Shown: piece after piece, positions 1 through 11,930 of the stretch
Layout: each line of letters opens with the position of its first letter
How positions within the stretch are numbered: the first letter of the stretch is position 1
NCBI RefSeq assembly: GCF_040938485.1
Contig: NW_027271040.1
Location: 992,001-1,056,000, forward strand
Direction of reading: 5' to 3'
Origin: Diadema antillarum
Lineage: Eukaryota
DNA length: 64,000 nt
The notes under the pieces: generated by a model
What the model was told of the DNA's origin: nothing
Seen by the model: the letters and a program-made list of their open reading frames with translations, nothing else
The model's database searches: none
Translations under genes and position numbers: made by a program

Positions 1-1517
1 GAGAGAGAATCAAATTGCTTGTGATGAAGCCACTGTAAGAAGAGATCATTTCCATTGCAAAAACACCAGTTGAGAAGTAGTAACTTAGCAGTAGTAGCAG
101 TACTAGAAGTACTAGATTATTGAAGTAGTTGCATACGATCTGTAAAAGTGGTAGAGTTAGAACTATCACTATTAGTAGAAGTGGCAAAAGTATTTGTAGT
201 AGTTGTAGTAGAATTAGTCATCATAGTTTTAGCGAAAAAATTAGTAAGCATAATGATGGTCAACTAAATACCTGCCAGTCCAATCTCTTTGAAGCTGTGG
301 AAATGTGGAACTGGTATCACCTCTTCCATATGAATCAAATAACATATATTTTGACCAATCATATCAGAGGGAAACCAATTCATGATCCGTTTCTCCGTTT
401 TGTCGTCGGTCTCTGTGACACAAACAGACTTCCTTTAAGTTGGCAATCGGAATGCAACTCTGTGGGTCGCTCACAGGGAGTCGGCATTCCGGATCTGTGA
501 TAGTTGTCCTATTTACAGGTGTAATGGCAGGGGAGATCGTGGAAGTATTACGTACTTCCACTTTGTACAGCTAGTCTTGTTGGTCTGCACTGCATGCTCC
601 CCAATGGCGTGGATATGTCTTAGGTTTTTGGGGTTGTTGTTTTGGTCTTAAGTGATGCCGTTGTGTATCTCTCTGTACCTCTGCAGCTTCTGACCAAGTT
701 ATGACAAGTGCATTGTTATTTAAGCTCTGTTGCAACAGGAACACAATTTTTAATTTGTTTTAAGACATTAAGAGATTTGCATGTATTGCTTGATGCATTG
801 AAGGAGATTTCCTGTGTCCTTATCATTGATCCTGTCATATCAGCCTTCAGTTTCGTTCTTTTTATTTTGCTGAATTCTGCATGTAGGCCCCATGTGTACT
901 GGTATTGCTTGTGTTAGGATCATCAATAGTGTTGCCATAGCAACTGTAGCCATGACATCTGCAAGCTTTTGCATGATCAGAGGAGATAAACGGGTTAGAG
1001 GAGTTAGGTCCACCAAGACTAGCCAGTAAAGGGGGGAAAGATTGATCCTGCTGAGACAAGGTCATACCACCAGCAACGATCGATGACTGTTGTGGTGTTT
1101 CTCTTAACGGGACGAGCCGAGCTGAGTCACAGGCCAGACTCAAGTTCATCTGATCACCAGTGCTGCGTGGTATTGACTGACTACTACTGGCTTCCACCAA
1201 ATCAGATGCACGTGTGTGTGTGTGTGTGGCATCCCGTTAGCTCTGGAGCACCAAGCTCTCACAAGGAGGGACGAGATTGTGAGTTTTAGTCGGCTGTCTG
1301 GGTTTATCGTCTTGGCTCTCGTGTTTCTCAGGGTCTCATGATTTGGACCTCGTGTCATAGATGTGACTCTTTTTGCCAGAAACGGCCAGATATACCTATA
1401 CCTGTGGATGTTCTCTCCTCTCCCATTTTTTTCCCCTTTGATTCTGTTTTGTTGGGATTGAAATGCAGATGTCATTTTGAGTTCCCATAGTGTTTCTAGT
1501 GTTTTGATGTTTACCAG

Positions 1518-1632
1518 AGTTGGAATGGGAAGAGGAACAGCGCACATCTGCAAATCTGATCTTGGCAAGTGAGCTGTTTGCTGATGTCCTAGCCATGAAT
1601 GTCTTGCAGTCACGTATGCTTTCCTGTCGCAG
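1518..1632 (+). CDS. BCAR3: BCAR3/SH2D3C-like adaptor, first exon visible in window (internal coding exon; gene continues upstream)
   Basis: Acceptor tttaccag|AG and donor CGCAG|gtaact. Open frame (x)LEWEEEQRTSANLILASELFADVLAMNVLQSRMLSCR, phase 1 in and phase 2 out, joins in frame to the next two exons. Confidence 0.7.
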
Positions 1633-1755
1633 GTAACTTGGTAGACATCGATTATTAGTTTGTGTGCAGCAATTTGTATAGCATTTGGTCCTCAACACCT
1701 ACAGTAACTCATTTTCTCTCTCTCTTTCCTCTCTTCCATGCACTTTTGTCTGCAG

Positions 1756-1783
1756 CTCAATACCAGAAGACCAACTCAGTAGG
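1756..1783 (+). CDS. BCAR3: BCAR3/SH2D3C-like, 28-nt micro-exon
   Basis: ttttgtctgcag|CTCAATACCAGAAGACCAACTCAGTAGG|gtgagt. Phase 2 in and phase 0 out, encodes (S)SIPEDQLSR and exactly reconciles the phases of the flanking exons. Confidence 0.7.
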
Positions 1784-2587
1784 GTGAGTTTCTAATCAGT
1801 CCTTTTCTACGGTGTCTTTGTTATGCTCCAGTGACCATTATCTGGGGAATTTCCTTTATATGACTTTAAACCACTGATATTTTGGTTCAGCTGTCCAGAG
1901 TAATTCAAGAGTCTTTAGGAGATGACTAATCTCTCTTTTGTGATCCCTTCTGTAACATGTTTTTTTTTAATAATATGCAACATATTTCAGAAAACAAGCA
2001 TACATTGAGAGATAATTCACTAAAATGTGAGATTTTTATTTCATCTTTGAAGTACTTCTGTGATATAGCAGCTCTCATTTCTTTACACCATCTTTGCACT
2101 GGTTGTGGTTGTCATTGCAGAGTAGCCAAGTCTCGCTGAAAAAAACAAAAAGGAAGAAAAGGAGTATATTTCCACATCCTGACAAAGGAATAGTAAAGTT
2201 TCCGGACTTTGGAAGTAGTTCTGCCAAATGAGATGCATGTACATAAAATAACTGTGATTTTGACGTGTGAGTAATGTCAGCCCAGGCAATGTACTTGGGA
2301 TATAACTGCTTTACCCACATTTTCTTAAGGACTATAGAGAAGTGAAGTGATTATGTCAGTCTTTTGTTATAGTTTGGGTTGGAACTAAGTGTCAACATAA
2401 ACACTTTGGCCAGGTGACATAGTGTAGAACTAGTTTCCATGGTGATAATTGGCTAAAGCACCACACTTTGATACTCTGTGAGTACTTTATACATTTATCA
2501 CATGCATTTATTAGGAAATACTGAACTCATTCTGCTTCGCGTCTTTCCATTCTTTCTCATTCATACGTTCTTGCTGGTTTTCCTCAG

Positions 2588-4066
2588 ACCCCGCCCTCAC
2601 CCATCCGATCCAAGATGAGTCTGCAGGACCTGTCCCCGGAAGACCTCCGCAAGCAGCTGGAAGAGGAGTTCAAGCTCCCGAGCCATGACATCCGGAGCCA
2701 CGCCTGGTTCCATGGCGGCATCAGCCGTGACAAGGCGGAGAAGCTGATCTGCGAGAACGGGGACTTCCTTGTGAGGGACTCCATCTCGAAGCCAGGGAAC
2801 TTTGTGCTCACTGTTCGGTGGAAGGACGCCCCCATGCACTTTGTGATCAACAAGGTGGTCCACAAGGCCCACTCACCCTATGCAAGTGTTCAGTACCAGT
2901 TTGAGAAAGAGTGCTTTGACACTATACCATCACTCATTAAATTTTATGTAGGGAGTGGTAAGCCTGTGTCGTTGGCATCGGGAGCCGTGAGCCAACGACC
3001 CATCAACAGGACTCAACCCCTCAGTTACACGGACAGCCGGTATGCTGCAACGAACAAACTGCCGGCATCATACATCTATGGTACATTGCAAAAGAAAGTT
3101 GTGACCCCGCGCAGGGGGTCCATGAATGGGAGCGACCCCCTGCGGCAGAGGTCGGGGAGCAACCCCGCCTCGCTGCATATCGTTAATGGTGGTGGGGAGA
3201 AGCAGAGTGTGAATCGTGCTGACAGCCAGCCTTTGCTTGGACGGACTTCGCCCACGCACAGGCCAGGCCCCACTCACACGATGCGAGACCATGTGATCCA
3301 CGTCAGGACGGGCAGCGAGCCCATCTTGAGTCCCAGCAGAGATTACGCTCCCATCGAGAGCGATTATGCGGAGACCCGCCCGTGTCTGAACACCTCTGCC
3401 TCTGATGAAGAGGGGACTATGCCAGGGGTGAGCAATGACACCTCTCCCGGCACACCTTCAACAGGGAAAGTGCCAGGTGTTGTGGACGGACTGGAACCCA
3501 GTGTGCCAACAGAAGAGTCTCCTGTGACAGACTCCCGGGTAAGGGATATGCCACCATCAGGGACGCTTGCACCTTTGCAGACGAACACCCTTATGAAGCC
3601 ACCCATCAGAGAACACATCTACAGCGAGATTGATGCTCTTGATGACGTGGAGGAGAGACCCACTCCGGTCCGCTTCACCATGCTCCATGACGAGGACTCC
3701 AAACCCATCCCGGCTGAAATCATCCAACCCCCAGTCTCGACAGACACGGTGGACGGAGAGAGCCTGGATGTCAAGCCCCGCAAAAAAGTGGTATCCGGGA
3801 CGCGATTCTCCGTGCTGGACAGCGACTATTCCCGCGTGGCCCAGCGTGTGTCTCCAAACCACCTTGAGAAGATCCCGGACACGCTGCAAACAATCCTGCC
3901 AGTCAGGGAGACGGAGTCGGTGTTCCAGCCCCAGGATTTTACCAGTTCACTGCTGGAAGCGGAAAGCAAACCCCTGGACAAGACCTGTATGGACACTGTC
4001 AGGCGCATGCTCCTTGAGCTGAATCCACTTGCACTGGCGAGGCATCTCACTCTGGTTGACACACAG
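2588..4066 (+). CDS. BCAR3: BCAR3/SH2D3C-like, large exon: SH2 domain, Ser/Pro-rich linker, start of Cdc25-like (RasGEF-fold) domain
   Basis: ORF 2615-4096 with WFHGGISRDKAEKLICENGDFLVRDS (SH2) and LARHLTLVD. Acceptor ttcctcag|ACC, donor ACACAG|gtaaat; 1479 nt, phase 0/0. Confidence 0.95.
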
Positions 4067-7000
4067 GTAAATGAACCATCTATCCTTGCTAAATGACAAT
4101 GGTAAGATATTCCATCACTTCCCTTTGGCCTCTTCTCTGTTCACAATAGATCAGGATGCAAATACAGAAGTATGAGAAAAATTGCTGATAGCTTTCTAAA
4201 TGGTGCAGAGTATAGCGTGTTTATTAAGAAGTTTGTACTGGATTATAAAATTCAGTACAAATCAGCGGATTTATTGAGATTGTCTGGGGTCCAACCAAGT
4301 TGACCCTTGTGAGCAATTTTACTGTTGTGGTGGCTCTTCTTCTTGATCTTCTTCTTTGTGTAATACCAATAAAGAGATGTATTTCCTGTATATGTGTGCC
4401 AGAGTCTAGAGTTACCACAAGTAGGCCCTGGGCAACCCTGTTTGGCAAACACGCTGAATAGACACACCTGCTTCTAGTTATCCCTGACAAGGGTACAAAC
4501 CACGGAACAGGAATTCAACAGAGCATTCTTGTATGAAAACAGGGAAGTCATTTCTCAGTAGACAAGTCATAGGATCTTGGGACTTTACTGAGTGAATACT
4601 GTATGGAAATCTCCAGTGGATGGAATTTAATTATATACAGATAATAAAAGAACCTACATAATTCATTGACAAATAATAAGGAGCACACTTGACCAATGCT
4701 TTGATCTTCAATTTATGCTATAAACTCATGTCCTTGTGTACGTTGCAAATGTGTATGAGTCCTGACGGGTCTTGCATAGACTAAGAGATACAAAAAGTTT
4801 TAGCTTTAATGTCTGTTTTCATGTCTTGATTTGTGCAAGAATGAATTTAATATCATGTTTGGTGTAAATGACTATCTCCTCCTTCCCACATTTTGAGTGG
4901 TATTAACCCATCTCCTTTAGGAACTTGTTGGTTCCTGTACAAAGTCTCTGAGAACTTCAAGTTTGTGGGGATTAGGTCAAAGACGTTTCATGCTTCCTTC
5001 ACCTTGTATGGTGGGACATAAAGATGCACCGGATATATTTACACTCTATTAACACAGAGTTTTATATCTGGCAAAAGCTTCAGATACAAAGTAGTGATAA
5101 TACTTACCTGTAGTAATAATGATAAGTTAAGTTCATGTGTGGCTAGAAACCCACTAAATGAATATAAAAAGTAACATTTATGATGTGTGTCTGTGTGTGT
5201 ATATGTGCCAGCGGATGTGTGAGACATTGCGTGTTTAATAATCAAATTAATGAACATGTGTACACAGGACTTTGTGTTGTTGTTGAGCTGTGAAGTAGAC
5301 ACCATGTTTGCCCGAGAGCTCTTAAATACATTTGCATTGTACCAGGCTAAACATTACTGCTGCAGCAGACTTGGCAAACAGCCTTAGTGAAACGTAAGGT
5401 GGCACCTTCCTTACCATCTATGGTGTTTGTAAATAGCCCCATTGTGAAGGAAATGTTTGAACAAGGATGAACCCTTTTGGTTGTGCGCATCAGCGCAAGA
5501 GTCAGACAATGTAGAAGCCCCATTTAGAGCATACATTTTTTGTAACTGCAGGCCCAATGAGACTGCGCCAGTTTGTAAACATCCATTCGCTCAAATTGGG
5601 ATCAGAAATTATTTGTAATCAGAGACCTGATTCTTTGTGAATTCCTATGTTCCTAACACAAGCAGATGCTCGTCTTTTGTTTGTTTGTTTTTTTCTTCTG
5701 CTTCTTCTCCTTTTTTGGGCTGCTACATTTCTCTGCAGCAAATGTGTAAAATGACATTTTCTGTGGGGGAAGCAATGCAGGAGAGCTTGTGAAAGTGACC
5801 TCATGATCAAAGTTCTATGACCCAGGCAGTCAGTTTGAAGTGCTATAGGTGTTTGATAGTCTACTACCAGCCATTACAAAAGTCTTGTGACATTTTGTAA
5901 TTCATCCTGATACATTGTATTTTGCCAATTTATTGTGGAATGTTAAGTTGTAAATTTTCAAAAAGTGAAATGATTACTTTTGGAGTATAAAACCTCTGCC
6001 TCACTTGACTCTAACCGACTCTGCAAGATTCAAAGTTTGTGGAATGAATGAATATGAGAATGATTAAAAACACTCTTGATACCAGTGATTGCTTTTGGGC
6101 CTTCAAAGATCCCTACATAGATTCATCAAAGTAACGTGTGTCATGATTTTGGATACATATTACATCTATAGACTGCATATACATAGACTGTTTGATCTTT
6201 GTGATATGAGTGTTCATGTGTGTGTACAATGTATTTCAACTGATAGAATGACCTTATAAAGCTTTTGAAGATTTGTTACAAGTCCCATTCTGCAGATATC
6301 TGGTAACCTTCTGTATAATCTGAGATTCTGTGTGATCAGTTGGTGGAAATTCCAAAATTTCATGCTCTCTGTTCAATGCATGAAAAAAAAAATAATTTCA
6401 CAAATTCTCGATCAGGAGGAAGAACAGGGAGTGGTACTTGAAAAAAATCCAAAGTTTAATTCTTCTATATTGCAAATTATTCATATCATGAACTAAATGT
6501 CTGTATTTAAATGTAAACCAAATAATTTTTGTCACACCAGTAAATATGAAGGTTGGTTATTTAAAACTCTAATTTTTTTGTAACAATTACAAGAAGCTCC
6601 AAATTTTGTGTCGTGATACAATATATTATCTTTCCCCAAGTTATAAAGGTTTTCTATGTCAAGAATGCAACTTCTCTAGCTGTTGAAAATTGTGAATTCA
6701 AAATTGAGTTACATGCAACTCTTATTAGGAGCATGTCCATACATGTGTACATGAAGAGGAAGGACATGTTTGCTGTTATATGAAAACGATTATAAGAAAA
6801 AAAAAAACACACCACATACTATACAAATGGCTGCTAATCATGAAAACTTCAGAACTGATTGTACAGGCTGCATAATATTTATTGTGAAGATGGTGTGACT
6901 TGATAGTCCCACGTATAGGCCTAGATGCTTGCAGGAACCGGAATGCTGGAAAATTCATTTTCCTGTAACCAGTGTACAACAATTACCCTTTTCTCGGCAG

Positions 7001-7101
7001 GTGTGTAGGATAGGTCATGGCAGTAACAACAACCAAATGCCTGGTTTGGAGCTTCTCTGCTTGCCGCACGGAACGAGATTCCGACAGGACATCCTGGAAC
7101 G
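7001..7101 (+). CDS. BCAR3: BCAR3/SH2D3C-like exon, GEF-like domain
   Basis: ttctcggcag|GTG...GAACG|gtcagt. VCRIGHGSNNNQMPGLELLCLPHGTRFRQDILER matches the NSP motif GLELxxLPHGxxxRxDxxER. Confidence 0.93.
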
Positions 7102-7405
7102 GTCAGTGAATGGATTCAACTCTTATAGACTTAATATTAAGTTCATATCTCTGAGAGAACAGCCAAGACTTCCTTGCAAAACCAATATCAGAAAGAGGAA
7201 GTAAAAAACAAGGAACAAAACATGGGCTCCTTGTAGTTTTAAATCATACCTTCTGTCTGCATACTGTGTGATGTTTGTTTTATTTGTTTGTTTTCACTCA
7301 TATTCACTGTATTGCAGTTATTAACTTTTTGTATCAAGGCTTTCTGGGTTGAGAATAGGAGTGGCCAGGTTCTTTTTAAAATAAACTGGATAAATAAGAA
7401 AATGA

Positions 7406-7790
7406 ATAAAAGCAGTAATAGCAATCTGTTTGCAATGATAAAGGCCTTGTAATGGTCAAAATTTCACTGGTAAGTTTTCCCATGGTCGGTGTATTGTATA
7501 TCAAGTCAATTAATAGATTCTCCCCTATTAAAAGTAAATAGATAAAAGCAGTAATTGCAGTCAATTTGCAATGATGAAGGCCTTGTGATGGTCAGAATTT
7601 TCACTGGAAGTTTTCCCATGGTCTGTGTATTGTATCAAGTCAATTATTAGATTCTCCCCTAAGTAGGTAGATAAAGGCAGTAATAACAGTCAATTTGTAA
7701 TGATGAAGGCCTTGTAATGATTGGAATTTTCACTGGAAGTTTTCCCATGGTTTGTGTATTGTTATCAAGTCAACTCTTGGATTCTCCCCT
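7406..7790 (+). repeat. Tandem triplication of a ~130-bp unit (intron)
   Basis: Unit starts ATAAA(A/G)GCAGTAAT at 7406, 7542 and 7671. Confidence 0.85.
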
Positions 7791-8640
7791 CTCTTAATAG
7801 CACTATAGGTATCACTTTGTATGCAGTGTTCTACAGCCAAGGCATCTATGTGTTAAAATCCATGGGCTGTCCTCGACAAATTCTCCTCCCTTTTTTATGC
7901 CCATGAAAATTTTATGGGGTCTCGGTGTTAAAGTGGCCTTGCCCCAGAAAAAATGGTATTGGTAATAATGTGAATAGATGAAGATCATCAAGCGTCAAGA
8001 GCTAGTCTTACTTTCAGCCTGCTGGCTGATTCTGTGCCTTCTACATCATCAGTTTAGAGACATGTAGAAGGGCCACAATAGGGTAGTGCAATTATCCATA
8101 TACTCTTGATCAAAGATTGTGACCATGCCCAAGTCCTACACATTAAAAAAAAAAATACATATATATATATGATGCTTCAGAAGTAACATACTGTTTTAAT
8201 GTCTCTGAACATATACTCAGTATCATTTGGATGCAGCAAATACAACAGTATATCATGCGAAACACTCAGTGAAAGTTTGAGGACAAGCGCTTGAAGATTT
8301 TTGAACTTTTGAAAGTTTTAGACAATTCCATGTGCCACCTTTTCTAGATGGGAGCTCTAAAACAATATTTGTGCTGTCACTGTACAATAATGATCACGCT
8401 GTTAGAATAAAAATATCAAAATCTCTGCAGATGTATGTTGGACAATGAACAAGCTTTGCAATCTTTCTTCTCCAGAAGTCATGGAGAATAATGTTTGCCT
8501 TATTAGGTTTCAGAAGAAAACATCAAGAAAATGTGTAATTTGCATGAAATTTGAAAATGTTTAGACTTTTCTAAAATGTTTTTACATTCTTCTCTTTTGA
8601 GTATTAATTATCTTTCTATATCTATCTAGAGTCAAAAGGG

Positions 8641-8679
8641 GCCTGAGCTTTCGATCCTAGCAGAATCTTCATCAGAGGC
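8641..8679 (-). ncRNA. Minimal type I hammerhead ribozyme motif of Penelope-like-element type
   Basis: Minus strand reads GCCU-CUGAUGA-A-GAUUCU-GCU-AGGAUC-GAA-AGCU-C^AGGC. It has an intact core, 4-bp helix I, 6-bp helix II and palindromic helix III (AGCU). Confidence 0.75.
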
Positions 8680-8998
8680 AAAATGACAAGCAAGATGGGA
8701 AAGCAATCTATCTATCTATCTACTCTATTTTTTTTGGGGGGGGGGGGTGGAGAGGGGAACTCCTCTTTAAAGTATGAAACAAACAAAGCAATCTACTAGA
8801 AAATGCAGCTAGCTTATCTTGATTCTTCAGGGGGTCAGCACTGTTTTTATGTTGTGGTCATCATTTCTCAAACATTACACTTTGGTGATTTATTGGGTCA
8901 ATGCTCGAGGGTGGAGCTTTTTTAGGGTGATGTTAAAACAATCATTGACTTCCTGGGCATTGCCTCCACAGAGAGGCAGGCTGGAGAGCAGTTATAGT

Positions 8999-9386
8999 TA
9001 AAGGGATGGTACAAGTATTGGTGGAAATGAAAATTGGGCTTTAACTTTTTCGCGAGATACCAAGAAAACGCTTATGAAATAGTACAGAGCATGCCATTTT
9101 AAGAGGAATTCAAAGTTTATTTGATGAAAATTGGGTTTAGAATAGCTGAAACATTGAAAAACCAAGTAAAACAAAATGATTGTAATAAAATGTGGGTCCC
9201 ACACTTTATTAGGATCACTCTGTTTTGGATATGTCCGCCGTCTCAAAATCAATTTTCATCAAATAAACGTTGAAATCCTCATGGAATTACATGCTTTTTC
9301 ATATTTCATAAGAGGTTTCTCACTATCTCACCAAAAAAAATAAAAACCTGAAGTTAAGTCTCAACCAAAACTATATGATCCCTTTA
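8999..9386 (+). mobile_element. T2/Kolobok-type MITE family A, copy 1
   Basis: TAAAGGGAT...ATCCCTTTA ends with a large internal palindrome; near-identical inverted copy at 14074-14465. Confidence 0.8.
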
Positions 9387-11249
9387 CAGACCAGGTAGCA
9401 TGGGGCTGGCCTGATGGAATTGATCTTCTTTTGCTACCCACTCCACACCATTACCCTCAAACTTCACTGATGTGTTCTACTGATATTACTGCATTTGCTC
9501 AATCTAGACATTTCATTCCCTTGAAGTTCACTGTAGGGAATTTTTGTTTACATGAATTTTCAGGTCTTAATGGCCAATGTTAGTAAATCAAGAGAATGTG
9601 GAAACTTTTTGGACTTCAGTAAACAAGGTAGCAACAGCGCTTCAAGTCTTTCTTTAGCCCCTGTGGGTTTATGCTACCAACTTCCCCATAGCTGTCTCAC
9701 ATGCAATGATATAGGTGATCTGTACACTACACATGCCCTTGCTGATGTGCATTGTTTGTATAATATTATCAGATCTTTGCCTGTTTTTGTTTCCTGGATG
9801 TGATTCATTATGATGCATGGCGCAAATGCTGAAACGATAACGCTGAAATTGATTTATGACCTTGTTTAGTAGGAAGTAGAATAATATGGTCCATTATGTG
9901 CAGTTTTAGTGTTCACATGCCGTGTCACGATACAGCCGCCTGAACATCCATTGTGAAGAAATAATTATTCCTTTCCTCATGATGATAACCTGTGACCTTC
10001 ATGAAACCTGGCATAGATTCTGTTGAAATGCTGACTTCTTCATGAACCTTCCAGTCCAGCCAAATCTATCCAAGTTGTGAAGGAAAAAGGAGCGATGTTA
10101 TGTCCTCATAAGTGGATTTGTCATGCACATAGCACATGTACATGTACACCTGTATGTACTGCATGATTCATCACAATGCAATGCATTACATACTTCCAAG
10201 ATTACCAGGCTCCCTGTAATAACAGCGTTGAAATCTTTAAAAAAAAAAATTATACTTGTGGGTTTTTTGTTGCGAACTTTTTTTCCGCCAAAACCCACCC
10301 AACCATTGCGATGGTGAGAATCGTGTGGATTTACATGTCTTGTTTTAATAAATCATTCATTTTTGTTCAGAAGGGAATTTTCTATGCTCTTCCTCTACAG
10401 TTTTACAAAGTGACTTTTATTGTGAGCTGGAAGCATTTCGTTTAGATAAAAAAGAACAGAAAATAAGATAACTCCAAAGTATTGTTAATTGAAGTATTCA
10501 GTAAAACGCCACTCTCGCTTCTTTGTGGCTTCTAAAGAATTCAATTTCTTTTATTGTTCTATGTGTACGTCAGCCAATTACATCCTGTTACCTGAGACTT
10601 ACATGGTGATTATGATGGAAAATAAAGTTGGTTAGGTATCAAAGTAGTGCATATTGATTTCTCAAAGCCCTTGCTGATAATCAGCAATAAAAGTAATTGA
10701 TGGAAGAAGTCTTGTTTTCTCTGCACAACTGAGAGTTAATGTGAATAAGTCTAAAATGTGGTGGGTCATCCGTCTATCAGCAGAACTCAAAGTTACTGAA
10801 GATGGTATGTGATATGTTTTTCGAAGAAGTATTATTGCATGCATATAGAACAAATGCATATATATTGGTGTGATTTATCTTTCTTTTTGGATTATTATCA
10901 TTTTTATTTGTCGCTATAGCTGTTTGATAATCAGTTTCAGAAAATATGTGTATATTTCATTTGTCGCCAGTCGGTGATCTTTTACCAAGCCCAACATTTT
11001 AGTTGCCTTCTTCTAGACTTCTGTGATATGAAAGGAGTTTAGTGTGCAATGATTTTTGGGGATGGTGTTACCAGCCTTCTATTTCTTTTGTGTCTGAGCA
11101 GGCCTGTAGGTTATAATGTAAATCCTTTCCCAAAGTGATGGCCATATCACAAATCTGTTCTATGATTTCTTTGATGTGGAGGAATCCTGGAGAATTTGAG
11201 ATGTTGCCAAGGCACAGACATTGGAGATCACAGAAATGATCATTCCTTT

Positions 11250-11452
11250 GCCATCATGGCATGTTGAATAAATCCCTTTTTTATCAGCATTTTATTTTTT
11301 ATTCAATGTTATTTCCACATCTGATAAAAAGCTCGTAGGAAGAATATACAGACTTCGCCATCATGGCATGTTGAACAAATCCATTTTTGATCATCATTTT
11401 ATCTCAGTTTCATTTCATTTCCACATCTGATAAAAAGCCATAAAGAATATAT
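11250..11452 (+). repeat. Tandem duplication, 107-bp period (intron)
   Basis: GCCATCATGGCATGTTGAA at 11250 and 11357; TTTCCACATCTGATAAAAAGC occurs in both copies. Confidence 0.8.
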
Positions 11453-11761
11453 AATTTATACAAACCATGCCTAGAACAAAGGAACAATACAGGAAAAAGA
11501 TACTATAACATTTTGACAGAACACAACATGAAAACAAATATTTTTGATACTATGTGGGAGGATCAGCATTGACCATTGGTCTTTCTGTGGCCAATCACAA
11601 GATTTACAACTAAATATGCTTACATGTACATTAATGCAATACTAAAAACTATAAAAGAAACCAGAAAGAATGTGTAAGTCTGTGTGGTGAGGTACATATA
11701 CATTGAATGCAACTAAGTTTTTTTTTTTTCTCTCTCTCTGTTTATTTTGTATGTGCTACAG

Positions 11762-11930
11762 ACATAACTGCCTAAAGATGTTCTGCATGGCAACCCTTTT
11801 GACCTGTGATGACCTGGAGGTCAGAGTTCACGTGCTGCATCAGTGGCTCCAGCTCGCGGAGACGTTGCGGGGTTCCCTAGGCAACCTCTTCAGCTTCGCC
11901 ACCATCATGGACGCCCTTGCTTCAAAGCAG
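11762..11930 (+). CDS. BCAR3: BCAR3/SH2D3C-like exon, GEF-like domain
   Basis: gtgctacag|A CAT...AAG CAG|gtattt. HNCLKMFCMATLLTCDDLEVRVHVLHQWLQLAETLRGSLGNLFSFATIMDALASKQ; phase 2/0. Confidence 0.93.

Noticed and set aside
129-500. 123-aa ORF rich in S/R/I/C
   Set aside because: Arises from a degenerate (AGT)n tract at ~70-240; no splice-compatible link to the downstream gene and no recognisable domain.
70-1500. Further upstream exons of the BCAR3-like gene
   Set aside because: No open frame bounded by phase-compatible splice sites was found; the preceding exon is assumed to lie outside the window.
2584-4062. Several minus-strand and alternate-frame ORFs over the SH2 exon
   Set aside because: Shadows of a GC-rich coding exon.
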